Shown in pieces: positions 30,771 through 44,500 of a stretch of DNA of 64,000 nt. The DNA is taken from NCBI RefSeq assembly GCF_009914755.1, contig NC_060946.1; one strand, 5' to 3'. Every line of letters starts with the position of its first letter. The first letter of the stretch is position 1. The stretch is from the human T2T-CHM13v2.0 reference genome, Homo sapiens. The notes under the pieces were generated by a model. That model did no database searches and was not told where the DNA came from. It saw only the letters and a program-made list of their open reading frames with translations. A program made the position numbers and the translations under genes.

Positions 30771-33556
30771 GGAATGGACTTGAATGGAATGGAATGGAGA
30801 GGAATGGACCCGAATGGATTGGAATGAAATGGAATGGACTGGAATGCAATGGAATGGAATGGAAGGGTCTTGAATGGAATGGAATGGATTGGAATAGAAT
30901 GGAATTGAATGCGATGGACTCAAATGGAGTGGAATGGCCTCAAATGGAATGGAGTGGAATGGAACGGAGTCAAATGCATTAGAATGTAATTTACCGGATA
31001 TGTCACTAATGCAATGACTCTAATGGAATAGAATGAAATGGACTCAAATGGAATGGAATGGAATGTACACTAATGGAATGGAATGAATGGAATGGAATGG
31101 ACATGAAGGGAATAGAAAGGAATGGAATGGACTGGACTCGAATGAAACGGAATGGAAAGGACACGAATGGAATGGAATGGACTCGAATGGAAAGGAATGG
31201 AATGGAGAGAAATGGAATCGAATAGAATGCAGTTGAATGGAATGGACTAGAAAGGGATTGAATGGAAAGGAATGGAATGGAATGGAATGGAATGGAATGG
31301 AATGGAGTGGAATGGAATGGAATGGACTAGGAAGGAATGGAATGGAAAGGAATGGAATGGAAAGAAATGGAATCGAATATAATGTAGATGAATGGAATGG
31401 ACTAGAAAGGAATGGAATGGAAAGGAATGGAATGGAATGGAATGGAATGGACTAGGAAGGAATGGAATGGAATCGAATGGAAGGGAATGGAATGGAATGG
31501 ACTCGAATGTAATTTAATAGACTCGAATGAAATGGAATGGAATGGAATGGAATTGACTCGAGTGGAATGGAATTGAATGGAGTGGACAGGAATGAAATGG
31601 AACGCAATGGAATGCAATGGAATAGACTTGAAAGGAATGGAATGGAATGGACCCAAAGTAATGTAATGTAATGGAATCGAATGGAATGGAACTTACTCGA
31701 ATGTAATGGCATGGAAAGAATGGACTCTAATGGAATGCAATGGAAAGGTATGGACTCGAATGGAATGGAATGGAATGGAGTTAAAGGGAATGGAATGGAT
31801 TGAACTCGAATGGAATGGAATGGATTGGAATAGACTTAAATGGAAAGGAGAGGAATGCAATGGAATGTAATGGACTCGAATGGAATAACATGGAATATAA
31901 AGGACACGAATGTAACGGGATGGAATGGAATGGATTTAAATCTAATGGAATGGAATGGAATGCACCTCAATTGAGTGGAATGGAACGAATGGATTGGAAT
32001 GGAATGGAATGGAACTGAATGGAATGGAATGGAATGGAACTGAATGGAATGGAATGGAATGGAATGCAATGGAATGTTATGGAACGGAATGGACTTGAAT
32101 GGAATAGAATGGAATGAAATGGAATGTGCTCGAATGAAATGGAATCGAATGGACCCAAATGGAATGGAATTGAATGGAATGAATTCGAACGGAATGGAAT
32201 GGAATGGAATGCAATGGACTCGAATGGAATGGAATGGAATGGACTCGAATAGAATTGATTGGAATGGAGTGGAAAGGAATGGACTCGAATCGAATGGAAT
32301 GGACTTGAATGGAATGGAATGGAGAGGAATGGACCGGAATGGAATGGAATGAAATGGAATGGACTGGAATGCAAATCGAATGGAATGGAAGTGAGTTGAA
32401 TGGAATAGAATGGAACAGAATGGACTGGAATCGAATGGAATTGAATGGAATGGACTCGAATGGAGTGGAATGGACTCAAATGGAATAGAGTGGAATGGAA
32501 TGGAGTTGAATGCAATAGAATATAGTTTACCGGATTGGACACTAACACAAAGGACTCTAATAGAATGGAATGAAATGGACTCAAATATAATGGAATGGAA
32601 TGGACACGAATGGCATGGAATGGAATGGAATTAAATGGACTGGACTGGAATGGAATGGAATGAATGGAATGGAATGGAATGGAATGGACTTGAATGGAAT
32701 AGAATGGAATGGAATGGACTGGACTCAAATGAAATGGAATGGAATGGACACGAATGGAATGGAAGGGATTCGAATCGAATGGAGTGAAAAGGACGCGAGT
32801 GGAATGGAATGGAAAGGAATGGACTCGAATGGAATGGAATGGAATGGAATTGACTCGAATTGAATGGAATGGAATGGACTCGAAGGCAATGGAATGGATT
32901 TAAATTCACTTGAGTGGAAAAGAATGGAACGGAGTCGAATATAATGGAATGTACATGAAAGAAATGGAGTCGAATGGAATGGACTCAGGTGGAATACAGT
33001 TGAATGGATTCGAATGGAATGGAATGCAATGGAATGGACTCGAATGGAATGGAAAGGAATGGACTCCAATGGAATGGAATGGAATGGACTCGAATGGAAT
33101 GGAATGGAATGGACTCAAATGGAATGGAATGGAATGGAATGGACTCGAATGGAATGGAATATAATGGACTCAAACCGAATGGAATGTAATGTAATGGACT
33201 CGAATGGAATGGAATGGAATTTAATGGAATGGACACTAATGGAATGTAATGGAATGGACTCGAATGGAAGGGAAAGAACTCGAATGGAATGGAATGTTAT
33301 GAAATCAACTCGAGTGGAATGGAATGGAATGGACTCGAATGGAAAGGAATGGAATGGACTCGAATGGAAAGGAATGTAATGGACTCGAATGGAATTGAGT
33401 GGAATGAAATGGAATGGAATGGAATAGACTTGAGTGGAATGGAAAGGAATTGACACTAATGGAATAGAAAGGAATGGACTCCAATGGAATGGAATGTAAT
33501 GGAATGGACTCGAATGGAATTGAGTGGAATTGAATCGAATGGAATGGAATGGAATG

Positions 33557-33695
33557 GAATAGACTCAAATAGAAAAGAATGTCATGGAATGGAATGGAAT
33601 TGAATAGACTCAAATAGAAAAGAGTGTCATGGAATGGAATGGAATTGAATAGACTCAAATAGAAAAGAATGTCATGGTATGGAATGGACTTGAAT
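33557..33695 (+). repeat. 45-bp x3 tandem repeat in HSat3
   Basis: AGACTCAAATAGAAAAGA(A/G)TGTCATGG at 33561, 33606 and 33651. Confidence 0.92.
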
Positions 33696-36600
33696 GGAAT
33701 GCAATTTAAAGGAATGAAAAGGACTCGAATGGAATTAAATGAAATGGACTCTAGAATGAAATGAAATGCCATAAAATGGAATAGAATGGAATGGAATGTA
33801 CTCGAATAGAATGGAATGGACTCGAAAGAAATGGAATGGAATGGACTCTAGAATGGAATGGAATGCAATGCAATGGAATAGAATGGAATGGAATGGACTC
33901 GAAAGGAATGGAATGGATTGGAATTGAATGGAATGAAATTGTCTCGAACGGGATGGAATGGAAAGGAATGTACTCGAATGGGATGGACTGGACTCGAGTG
34001 GAATGAAAGGGAATGAAAATCACTCAAGTGGAATTGAATGGAATGGAATGGACTCGAGTGGATGGAATGGACCCAAATTCAATGCAATGTAAAGGAATGG
34101 GAGGGACTTGAATGGAATGGAATGCAATGGAATGGAATAGAATGGAATGGAATGGACTCGAAAGGAATGGAATGGATTTGAATGGAATGGACTCGAATGG
34201 CATGGAATGGAAAAAACCCGAATGGAATGGAATGGAAAAAAACCCTAATGGAATGGAATGGAATGGAAAGAAACGGACTCGAATGGAATGGAAAGGAATG
34301 GAATGGACCTGAACATAGAGGAATGGAATGGAATGGACCCGAATGGAATGGAATTGAATGGACCCGAATGGAATGGAATCTAAAGGAATGGCAAGGCATG
34401 GAATGGGATGGAATGGAATGGAATGGAATGGTATGGAATGGAATGGACTCTAATGGAATAGAATGGAACAGACTCTAATGGAATAGAATGGAATGGAATG
34501 GAATGGAATCAAAATTAATGGAATGGAATGGACTCAAATGGAATGGAATGCGCACGAATGGATTGGAATGAAATGGACCCGAATGGAATGGAATGGAATG
34601 GAATGGAATGGAATGGAATGCAGTTGAATTTAATGGACCCGAAAGGAATGGAATGGAATGGAATGGAACGAAATGGAATGGAATGGAATGGAATGGACTC
34701 AAATGGAGTGGAATGGAACAGAATGGACTCGAATGAAATGGAATGGACTTGAATCAAATTTAATGGAATGGAATGCATTTGAATGGAATTGAATGGAATG
34801 GACTTGAATGGAATGGAATGGACTCGAATGGAATGGAGTGGATTGGAAGCGACTCAAGTGGAATTGACTGGAATGGAATGGACTCGAATGAAATGGAATG
34901 TAATGGAATGGACTCGAATGGAACACAATGGAATGGAAGGGACTCGAACCGAATGGAAGGGACAAAAGCATGGAATGGAATGGACCTGAATGGTATGGAA
35001 TGGAATGGAATGGAATGGAATGGAATGGAATGGAATGGACAAGAATGGAATGGAATGGAATGGAATGGAATGGAATGGAATGGAATGGAATGAAATGGAA
35101 TGGACTCGATTGGAATGGAATGGAATGGAATGGACTCGAAAGTAATGGAATAGAATGGACTTGAATGAAATGGAATGGAATGGAATTGACTAGAACGGAA
35201 TAGAATGGAATTTATTGGATTGGATTCTAATGGAATGGACTCTCATGGAATGGAATAGAATGGACTCGAATGGAATAGAATGGAATGGAATGGAATGGAA
35301 TGGAAATGACTCGAGTGGAATGGAAAGGAATGGAATGGAATGGACTCGAATGGAATAGAATGGGATTTAATGGAATGGACTCTAATGGAATGGAATGCTA
35401 TGGACTCGAATGGAATGCAATGGAATGGACTCAAATGGAATGAAAAGGAATGGAATGGCCTCAAATGGAATAGAATGGGATTTAATGGAATGGACTCTAA
35501 TGGAATGGAATGTGATGGACTAGAATGGAATGCAATGGAATGGACTTGAATGGAATGGAATGGAATTCAATGGATTGATTGGAATGGAATGGAGTGGAAT
35601 ATACTTCATTGGAATGGAATGTACCCGAATGGAATGGAATGGAATGAATAGAACATGATGGAATTGAATGGACTTGAAGGCAATGGAATGGAATGGACTC
35701 CAATGGAATTGAATGGACTCGAATGGAATGGAGTGGAATTTAATTGAATGGAGTCTAATCGAATAGAATCTAATGGAATGCAAACAATCGTATCGAATGG
35801 AATATAATGGAATGGACTCGATTGGAATGGAATGCAATGGAATGGACTGGAATGGAATGAAGTGGAATGGACTGAAATTGAATGGAATGGTACTGAATTG
35901 TCTCAAAAGAAATGGAATGGAATGCAATTGAATGGACTCGAATGGAATGAAATGGAATTTAATCAAATGGAATTGAATGGAATGGATCCGAAAGGAATGG
36001 ATTGGAATGGAATGGACTCGAATGGATTGGAATGGAATGGAGTGGAATGGACTCGAATGGAATGGAATGGAATGGACTCCAGTGGAATGGAATAGAAAGG
36101 ACTGAAATGGAATGGAATGGACTTGAATGAAATGGACTTGAATGGAATGGAATTGAATGGAATGGACTCAAATGGAAGAGAATGGAATGGAATTGAATGG
36201 ACTGGAATGGAATGGAATGAAATGGACTTGCATGGAAAGCAGATGAATTGAATTGAGTCAAAAGGAATGGAATGGAATGGAATGGATTGGAATGGAATAG
36301 AATGGAATGGACTCGAATGGAATGGATTGGACTTGAATGGAATGGAGTGGATTGGAATCGACTAGAATGGAATGGAGTGGAATACAATGGACTCGAAAGA
36401 AATGGAATGCAATGGAATGGACTCGAATGGAATGCAATGGAATGGAAGGGACTCAAATCAAAAGGAAGGGACAAGAATGGCACGGAATGGAATGGACCCG
36501 AGTGGAATGGAATGGAATGGAATGGACACAAATGGAATGAAATGGAATGGAATGAAATGGAATGGACTCGAATGGAATGCAATGGACTCGAAAAGAATGG

Positions 36601-39511
36601 TATGGAATGGACTCGAATGAAATGGAATGGAATGGAATGCACTCGATTGGAATAGAATGGAATTTATTGGATTAGACTCTAATGGAATGGACTGTCATGG
36701 AATGGAATGGAATAGACTAGAATGTAATAGAATGCAATGGATTGGACTCAAATGGAATGGAATGGAATGGACACGAATGGAATGGAATGGAATGGAATGG
36801 AATGCAATGGAATGGATTCGAATGGTATGTAATGGAAAGGAAATGACTGGAGTGCAATGGAGTGGATTCGAATGGAATGGAATGGAATGGAACGGAGTGG
36901 AATATAATGGACTCGAAAGGAATGGAATGCAATGGAATGGAATGGAATGGACACGAATGGAATTGAATGCAATGGAAAGTAATGGACTCGAATGGAATAG
37001 AATGGAATGGAATGGACCAGAATGGAGTGGAATGGAATGGAATGGACTCGAATGGAATGGAATGGAATGGAATGGAATGGAATGGTATGGAAAGGAATGT
37101 ACTTGAATGAAACAGAATGGAATGGAATGGAATGGAATGGACTCGACGGGAATGGAATGAAATGGACTCGAATGGCATGGAATGGACATGAATGGAACAG
37201 AATGGAATGGAATGTACTCGAATGGAATACACTGGGATTTAATGGAATGGACTCTAACGGAATGGAATGGAATGGACTTGAATGGAAGAGAATGGAATAC
37301 ACTCGAATGGAATGGAATGCAATGGAATGGAATCAAATTGAATGAAATGGAATGGACTTGAATGGAATGGAATGGAATTGAATGGATTCAAAAGGAGTGG
37401 GATGGAATACAATGGAATGGACTCGAATGGAATGGAATGGAATGTACTGTAATGGAATGGAATGCAATACAATGGAGTCGAATTGAATGGAATGGAATTG
37501 TTTAAAATGGAATTGAATGGAATGGATCCGAAAGGAATGGAATGGAATGGAATGGAATGGAATGGAATGGAATGGAATGGACTCGAATGGTATGCAATGG
37601 AATGGAATGGGCTCAAATGGAACGGAATGAAATGGAAAAGTATGGAAAGGAATAGAATGGAATGGAATGGAATGGAATGGATTTGAATGGAAAGGACTCG
37701 AATGGAATGGAATGGAATGGAATGGACTGAAATGGAATAGCATGAAATGGAATGGACTCGAATGCAATGGAATGGAATGGCCTCGAATGGAATGGAATGG
37801 ACTCAAACGGAATGGAGGTGAAAGGACTCGTATTGAATGCAATGGCATTTAATATACTCGAATGGAATGGAATGTAACATAATGGTATGAACTCGAATGG
37901 AATGGAATGTAACGGAATGGTATGAACTCGAATGGAATGGAATGGAATGGAGAGAAATGTGCTCGAATTGATTGGAATGGAATGGAGTGGACAAGAATGG
38001 AATGGAATGGAATGGAATGGAATGGAATGGAATGGACACAAACGGAATGCAGTTGAATTGAATGGATCCGAAAGGAATGGAATTGATGGAATGGAATGCA
38101 ATAGACTCGAATGGAATGGAATGGAATGGACTCGAATGGAATGCAATGGACTCAAATGGAATGGAATGGAATGGAATGGAAAGGATGCGAATGGAATGGT
38201 ATGGAATGCACACAAATGGAATGGAATATTACGGAAAGGAATGGAATGGAATGGAACCAAATGGAGTGGAATGGAATGGAATAGACTCGAATGGAATGGA
38301 ATGGACCCGAATGGAATGGAATGGAATGGAATGGAATGGAGTAGCATGGAATGGAATGGAATCGAATGCAATGAATTGGAATATACTCGAATTGAAAGGA
38401 ATGGACTCAAACAGAATGCAGTGGAATGGACTCTAATGGAATGGAATGGAATTGAGTGGACTCGAATGGAATGGAATGGAATGTAACGGAATGGAATGAA
38501 CTCGAATGGAATGGAATGGAATGGAATGAAATGGACTCGAATGGAATGGAATGGAAAGGACTCGAAAGGAATGGAATGGAATGGACTTGAAAGGAATGGA
38601 AAGGAATGGAATGGAATGGAATGGAATGCAATGGAATGGAATGGAATGGAATAGACACGAATGGAATGTAGTTGAATTGAATGGACCCGAAATGAATGGA
38701 TTGGAATGGAATGGAATGGAATGGAGTGGAATGGAATGAAAGGGACTCGAATGGAATGGAATGGAAAGGAATGGACTCGAATGAAACGGAATGTACCCAA
38801 ATGTAATGTAATGGAATGGAATCGAATTGATTGGAATGGTATGGAAAGGAATGGAATGGACTCGAATGGAATGGAATTTAGTGGAGTGGACTCAAAGGGT
38901 GTGCAATGGAATGGAATAGATTCCAATGGAATGGAATGGAATGGAATGGAATGGAATGGAATGGAATGGAATGGATTGGACTCGAATGGAATGGAATGGA
39001 ATGGAATGGAATGGAATGGAATGGAATGGACTCGAATGGTTTGGATTGGAGTGGTATGCAATGAAATGAAACATAGAGTAATGGAATGGAATGGATTGGA
39101 ATGGAATGGAATGGAAAGGAATGGAACAGAATGGAATGGAATGGATTGGAATTGAATGGAATAGAATGGAGTGGATTCGAATGGAATGGAATGAACTAGA
39201 ATGGAAAGGAATAGAATGGAATGTACTCGAATGGAATAGAATGGAATTGACTTGAATGGAATTGAATGCAATGAACTCCAACGGAATAGAATGGACTTGA
39301 ACGGAAGTAAATGGGATGGAAACTACTCGAGTGGAATGGAATGGAATGGAATGGAATGGAATGGAATGCACAAGAATGGAATGGAATGGAATTGACTCAA
39401 ATGGAATAGAGAGGAATGGATTCGATTAGAACGGAATGGAATGGAATGGACTCGAACGCATAGGAAGGGAATGGACTCAAATTGAAGGAAAAGGAATTTA
39501 ATGGACTCAAA

Positions 39512-39623
39512 TCGAATGGAATGTAATGTTATGGAATGGACTCGAATGGAGTGGACAGGAATGGAGTCGAATGGAATGTAATGTTATGGAATGGACTCGA
39601 ATGGAGTGGACAGGAATGGAGTC
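39512..39623 (+). repeat. Perfect 55-bp tandem duplication in HSat3
   Basis: TCGAATGGAATGTAATGTTATGGAATGGACTCGAATGGAGTGGACAGGAATGGAG at 39512 and 39567. Confidence 0.92.
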
Positions 39624-39759
39624 AAATGGAATGGAATGCACTCGAATGGAATGGAAGGGAATGGACCCGAATGGAATCGAGTGGAATGGAATGGAATGGA
39701 ATGGAATGGAACGGAATGGAATGGAATAGAATGGAATGCAATGCAATGCAATGCAATGC

Positions 39760-41560
39760 AATGGAATGGTATGGATTGGAATGGATTCAATGAAATAGAA
39801 TGGGATGGAATGGAAAGAATTCAAAAGGAATGGAATGGAATGTAGTCCAATGGAATGGAAAGACCACAAATTGAATGGAATGGAATAGAATGGACTCAAA
39901 TGGAATTGATGGGAATTTAATGGAATGGACTCTAAAGGAATGGAATGGAATGCTCTCAAATGGAAAAAATGGAATGGAATGGAATGGACTCTAAAGGAAT
40001 GGAATGGAATGCTCTCAAATGGAAAAGAATGGAATGGAATGGAATGGACTCGAATGGAATACAATGGAATGGACTCGAATGGAAAAGAATGGAATGGAGT
40101 CAAATTGAATGGAGTGGAATGGAATGGACTAGAATGGAATTGAGTGGAATGGACTCGAATAGAATGGAATGGAAGGGAAAGGACAGGAAAGGAATGAAAT
40201 GTAGTGGAATGGAATGGAATAGAATGGAATGGAATGGAATGGAATGGAATGGAATGGAATAGAATGGAATGGAATGGAATAGAATGGAATGGAATGGATT
40301 GAAATCGAATGGAATGGAATGGAAAGGACACGAATGGAATGCAATGGAGTGGACGCAAGTTGAATGTAATGAAATGGAATAGACTCGAAAGGAAACGAAT
40401 GGAATGGAATGGCATGGACTCGAATTGAATGGAATGGAATTGAAAGGAATCGAAGGGAATGGAATGGAATGGACTCGAATGGAATGGTTTGTAATGGCAT
40501 CAAATGGAATGGAATGGACTCTAATGAAATGGAATGGACCCAAAAGGAATGGAATGGAATGGAATGGAACGGAATGGAATGGAATGGAATGGAATGGAAT
40601 GGAATGGAATGGAACAGAATGGAACGGAATGGAATGGAATGGAATGGAATGGAACGGAACGGAACGGAATGGAATGGAATGGAATGCAGTGGAATGGAAT
40701 GGTATGTATTGGAATGGACTTCAATGGAACAGAATTGGATGGAATGGAAAGAATTCAAAAGGAATGAAATGGAATGGAGTCCAATGGAATGGAAAGGCCA
40801 CGAATGGAATGGAATGGAATGGAAAGGACACGAATGGAATAGATTGGAATTTAATGGAATGGACTCTAAAGGAGTGGAATTGAATGCTCACAAATAGAAA
40901 AGAATAGAAGGGAATGGAATGGACTCAAATGGAATGCAATGGAATGGACTCGAATGGAAAAGTATGAAAGGGAGTCAAATTGAATGGAGTGAAATGGAAT
41001 GGACTAGAATGGAATTGAGTGGAATGGACTCCAGTAGAATGGAATGGAAGGGAAAGGACAGAAATGGAATGAAATGGAACGGAATGGAATGGAATAGCAT
41101 GGAATGGAATGGAATGGAATGGAATGGAATGGAATGGAATGGAATGGAATACAATAGAATGGAATGGAATGGATTGAAATAGAATGGAAAGGAATGGAAT
41201 GGACTCGAGGGAATGCAATGGAATGGACCCAAGTGGAATGTAATGAAATGAAATAGACTCGAAAGGAAAGCAATGGAATGGAATGGACTCGAATGGAATG
41301 GAATGGAATGGAATGGAAATGAATGGACTCGAATGGAATGGAATGGAATGGACTCGAATGGAATGGTTTGTAATGGCATCGAATCGAATGGAATGAACTC
41401 TAATCAAATGGAATGGACACAAAAGGAATGGAATGGAATAGAAAGGAATGGAATGGAATAAAATGGAATGGAATGGAGAGGAATGGAATGGAATGGAATG
41501 GAATGGAATGGAATGGAATGGAATGGAATGGAATTGATTGGAATGGAATGGAATGGAATG
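39760..41560 (+). repeat. About 0.88-0.93-kb diverged tandem duplication in HSat3
   Basis: GAATTCAAAAGG 39817/40751 (offset 934); GGGAAAGGACAG 40175/41050 (875); GGTTTGTAATGGCATC 40486/41365 (879). Confidence 0.88.
39920..40026 (+). repeat. 59-bp tandem duplication nested in copy 1 of the 0.9-kb unit
   Basis: CTCTAAAGGAATGGAATGGAATGCTCTCAAATGGAAAA at 39930 and 39989. Confidence 0.9.
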
Positions 41561-44500
41561 GAATGGAATGGAATTGATTGGAATGGAATGGAATGGAATG
41601 GAATGGACTCAAATTGAATGGAATGCACTCGAATGGAATGAAATGAAATGGAATGGGCTCGAATGGATTAGAACAGAATTTACTGGATTGGAATACAATG
41701 GAATGGACTCTAATGGAATGGAATGGAATGGAATGCAATAGAATCAAATAAAATGGAATGGGATGGACTCGAATGGAATGGAATGGACATGAATGGAATA
41801 GAATGGAATGGAATGGAATGGACTTGAATCGAATAGTATGGAATTGAATGGAATGGACTCGAATGAAATGGAAGGGAATGGACTTGAATGGAATGGAGTG
41901 GACTCGAGTGGAATAGAATGGAATCAATGGACTCGAGTGGAATGGAATGGACTCGAATGGAATGCAATGGAATGGAATGGAATAGACTTGAATGAAATGG
42001 AATGAGTGGAATTGCATCGAACGGAATGGAATAGATTGCACTCGAATGGAATGGAATGGATACGAAAGGAATGGAATGGAATGGACACAAAAGGATTGGA
42101 ATGGAATAGACTCGAAAGGGATGGAATACAATGGAATGGAATCGAAAGAAATGGAATGGAATTGACTCGAATGGAATCGAATGGAATAGAATAGACCCGA
42201 ATGGAATGGAATGGACTCGAATCAAATGGAATGGAATGTACTCGAATGGAGTGGAAAGGACTCGAATGGAAAGGAATGGAATGGTATGGACTCGAAAGCA
42301 ATGGAGTGGAATGGAGTTGAATGGAATGGAAAAAAAATTCATGGACTCAAATCGAATGGAATGTAATGGTATGGAATGGAATGGCATGGAATGGAATGGA
42401 ATGGAATGAAATGGACTCCAATGGAATGGAATGGAATGGAATGAACCCTCATGGAATGGAATGGAGTGGAATAGAATGGAATGGAGTGGAATAGAATGGA
42501 ATGGAATGGAATGGAACGGAATGGAATGGAATGGAATGGAATGGAATGGAATGGAATGGAATGGAATTGGATGGACTCATATGGAATGGAATGGAATGGA
42601 CACGAATGGAATGGAATGGACACGAATGGAGTGGAATGGAATGGAAACGACTCGAGTGGAATGGAATGGAATGGAATGGAATCAAATGGAATGGAATTGA
42701 CTCCATTGGAATGGAATGGAATGGAACCGAATGGAATGGAATGGAATGGAACAGAATGGACGCGAATGGAATGGAAGGGAATGGAACTGAATGGACCAGA
42801 ATGGAGTGCAATGGAATGGAATGCACTCGAATGGAATGAAAAGGAATGTACCCGAGTGGAAAGGAGTGGAATGGAATGCAATGGAATGGAATGGAATGGA
42901 ATGGGATGGTATGGATTGGAAAGGACTTGAATGGAATAGAATGGGAAGGAATGGAATGATTTCAAAAGGAATGGAAAGAAATGAACTCCAAAGGAATGGA
43001 AAGGCAACGAATTGAATGGAATGGAGTGGACCGGACGCAAATGGAATATATTGGAATTTAATGGAATGGACTATAATGGAATGGAATGGACTCTAATGGA
43101 ATAGAATGGAATGGAGTCGCATGGAATGGATTGGAATGGAATAGAATTGTGTGGAATGGAATGGACTCGAATGGAATGGAGTGGAATGGACTCAAATGCA
43201 ATGGAATAGAATGGACTTGACTGGAATGGAATGGAATGATTTGGACTCGAATTTAATGGACTGGAATGGGATGGAATGGAAAGGAATGGAATGGAATGGA
43301 CTCGAATGGAATGGAATGGAATGGACTCGAAAGGAATGGAAACGACAGGAACAAAATGTAATGGAATTTACTCGAATCGAATGGAAAGTAATGGAATGGA
43401 ATGGAATGGAATAGACTTGAATGGAAATGAATGGAGTGGAATGGACTCAAATGGAATGGAATGGAATAGAAGGGATTCGAACGGAAGGGAATGGAATGTA
43501 CTCAAATGAAATGGGTTGGAATGGAATGGCCATGAATGGAATGGAATGGAATAGAATCAAATGGTATCGAATTGAATGGAATGGACTGGAATGGAATGAA
43601 ATGGAATGGATGCCAATGGAATGTAATGGACTCGAATGGAATGGAACAGAACAGAATGGACTCAAATGAAATAGAACGGAATAGAATGTAATGTACTAGA
43701 ATGGAATGGAGTGGAATGGAATGGACTCGAATGGAATAGAATGGAGTGACATGGAATGGTCTCGAATGAAATGGACATGAATGCAATGGAATGGACTTGA
43801 ATGGAATGGAAAGGAATTCACCCAAATGGAATGGAATGGAATGGAAAGGAATGGAATGGAATGGAATGGATTGGAATGGAATGAAATGGAGTGGAATGGA
43901 CTTGAATGGAATAGTATGGAATGGAATGGAAAGGACACAAAGGGAATGGAATGGACTCGAATGAAATAGAATGGAATGGAATGGAAAGGAATGTTGTGGA
44001 ATGGAATGGACTCCAGTGGTATGGAATGGAAAGGACTCGAATGGAATGGAATGGAATGGACTCGAATAGAATTGAAAGGAATGGACCAGATTGGAATGTA
44101 CTGGAATGGAATAGAATGGAATGTACTGGAATGTAATGGAATGGAATGTACTGGAATGGAATGGAATTGAATGGAATGGAATGGAATGGAATGGGAGAGA
44201 ATGGAATGGAATGGAATGGACTCGAAGGGAATGGAATGGAATGGACTCAAATGGAATGGAAAGGACTCGAATGGAATGGAATGGAATTTAATTGAACGGA
44301 CACTAATGGAATGGAATCTAATGGAATGGAATGGACTCTAACTGAATAGAATGGAATGGACTCTAATAGAATGGAATGCAATGGAATAGACTCGAAAGGA
44401 GTGGAATGTCATGGATTCAAATGGAATGGAAAGGAATTGAATTGTCTCGAAAGGAGTGGAATGGAATGCAATGCAATGGACTCGAATGGAATATAATGGA

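Noticed and set aside
30700-30810. Perfect palindrome or cruciform at the strand switch
   Set aside because: The arms belong to different families, so pairing is limited to short patches such as TTCGAGTCCATTC with GAATGGACTTGAA.
30610-30982. Chimeric ORFs crossing the junction
   Set aside because: Chance read-through across the breakpoint; useful only as a marker of the junction.
37613-39271. 552-aa minus-strand ORF and other long FHSIP-repeat ORFs (e.g. 46667-47686, 47383-48306, 39507-40415)
   Set aside because: (ATTCC)n has no stop codon in any frame, so long ORFs are expected. All frames give the same pentapeptide and there is no domain or gene context.
41480-41534. Pure (TGGAA)n run as a disease-type repeat expansion or special structural element
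   Set aside because: About 11 units is ordinary within HSat3; fold-back of GGAAT strands is a generic property of the family and not specific to this site.
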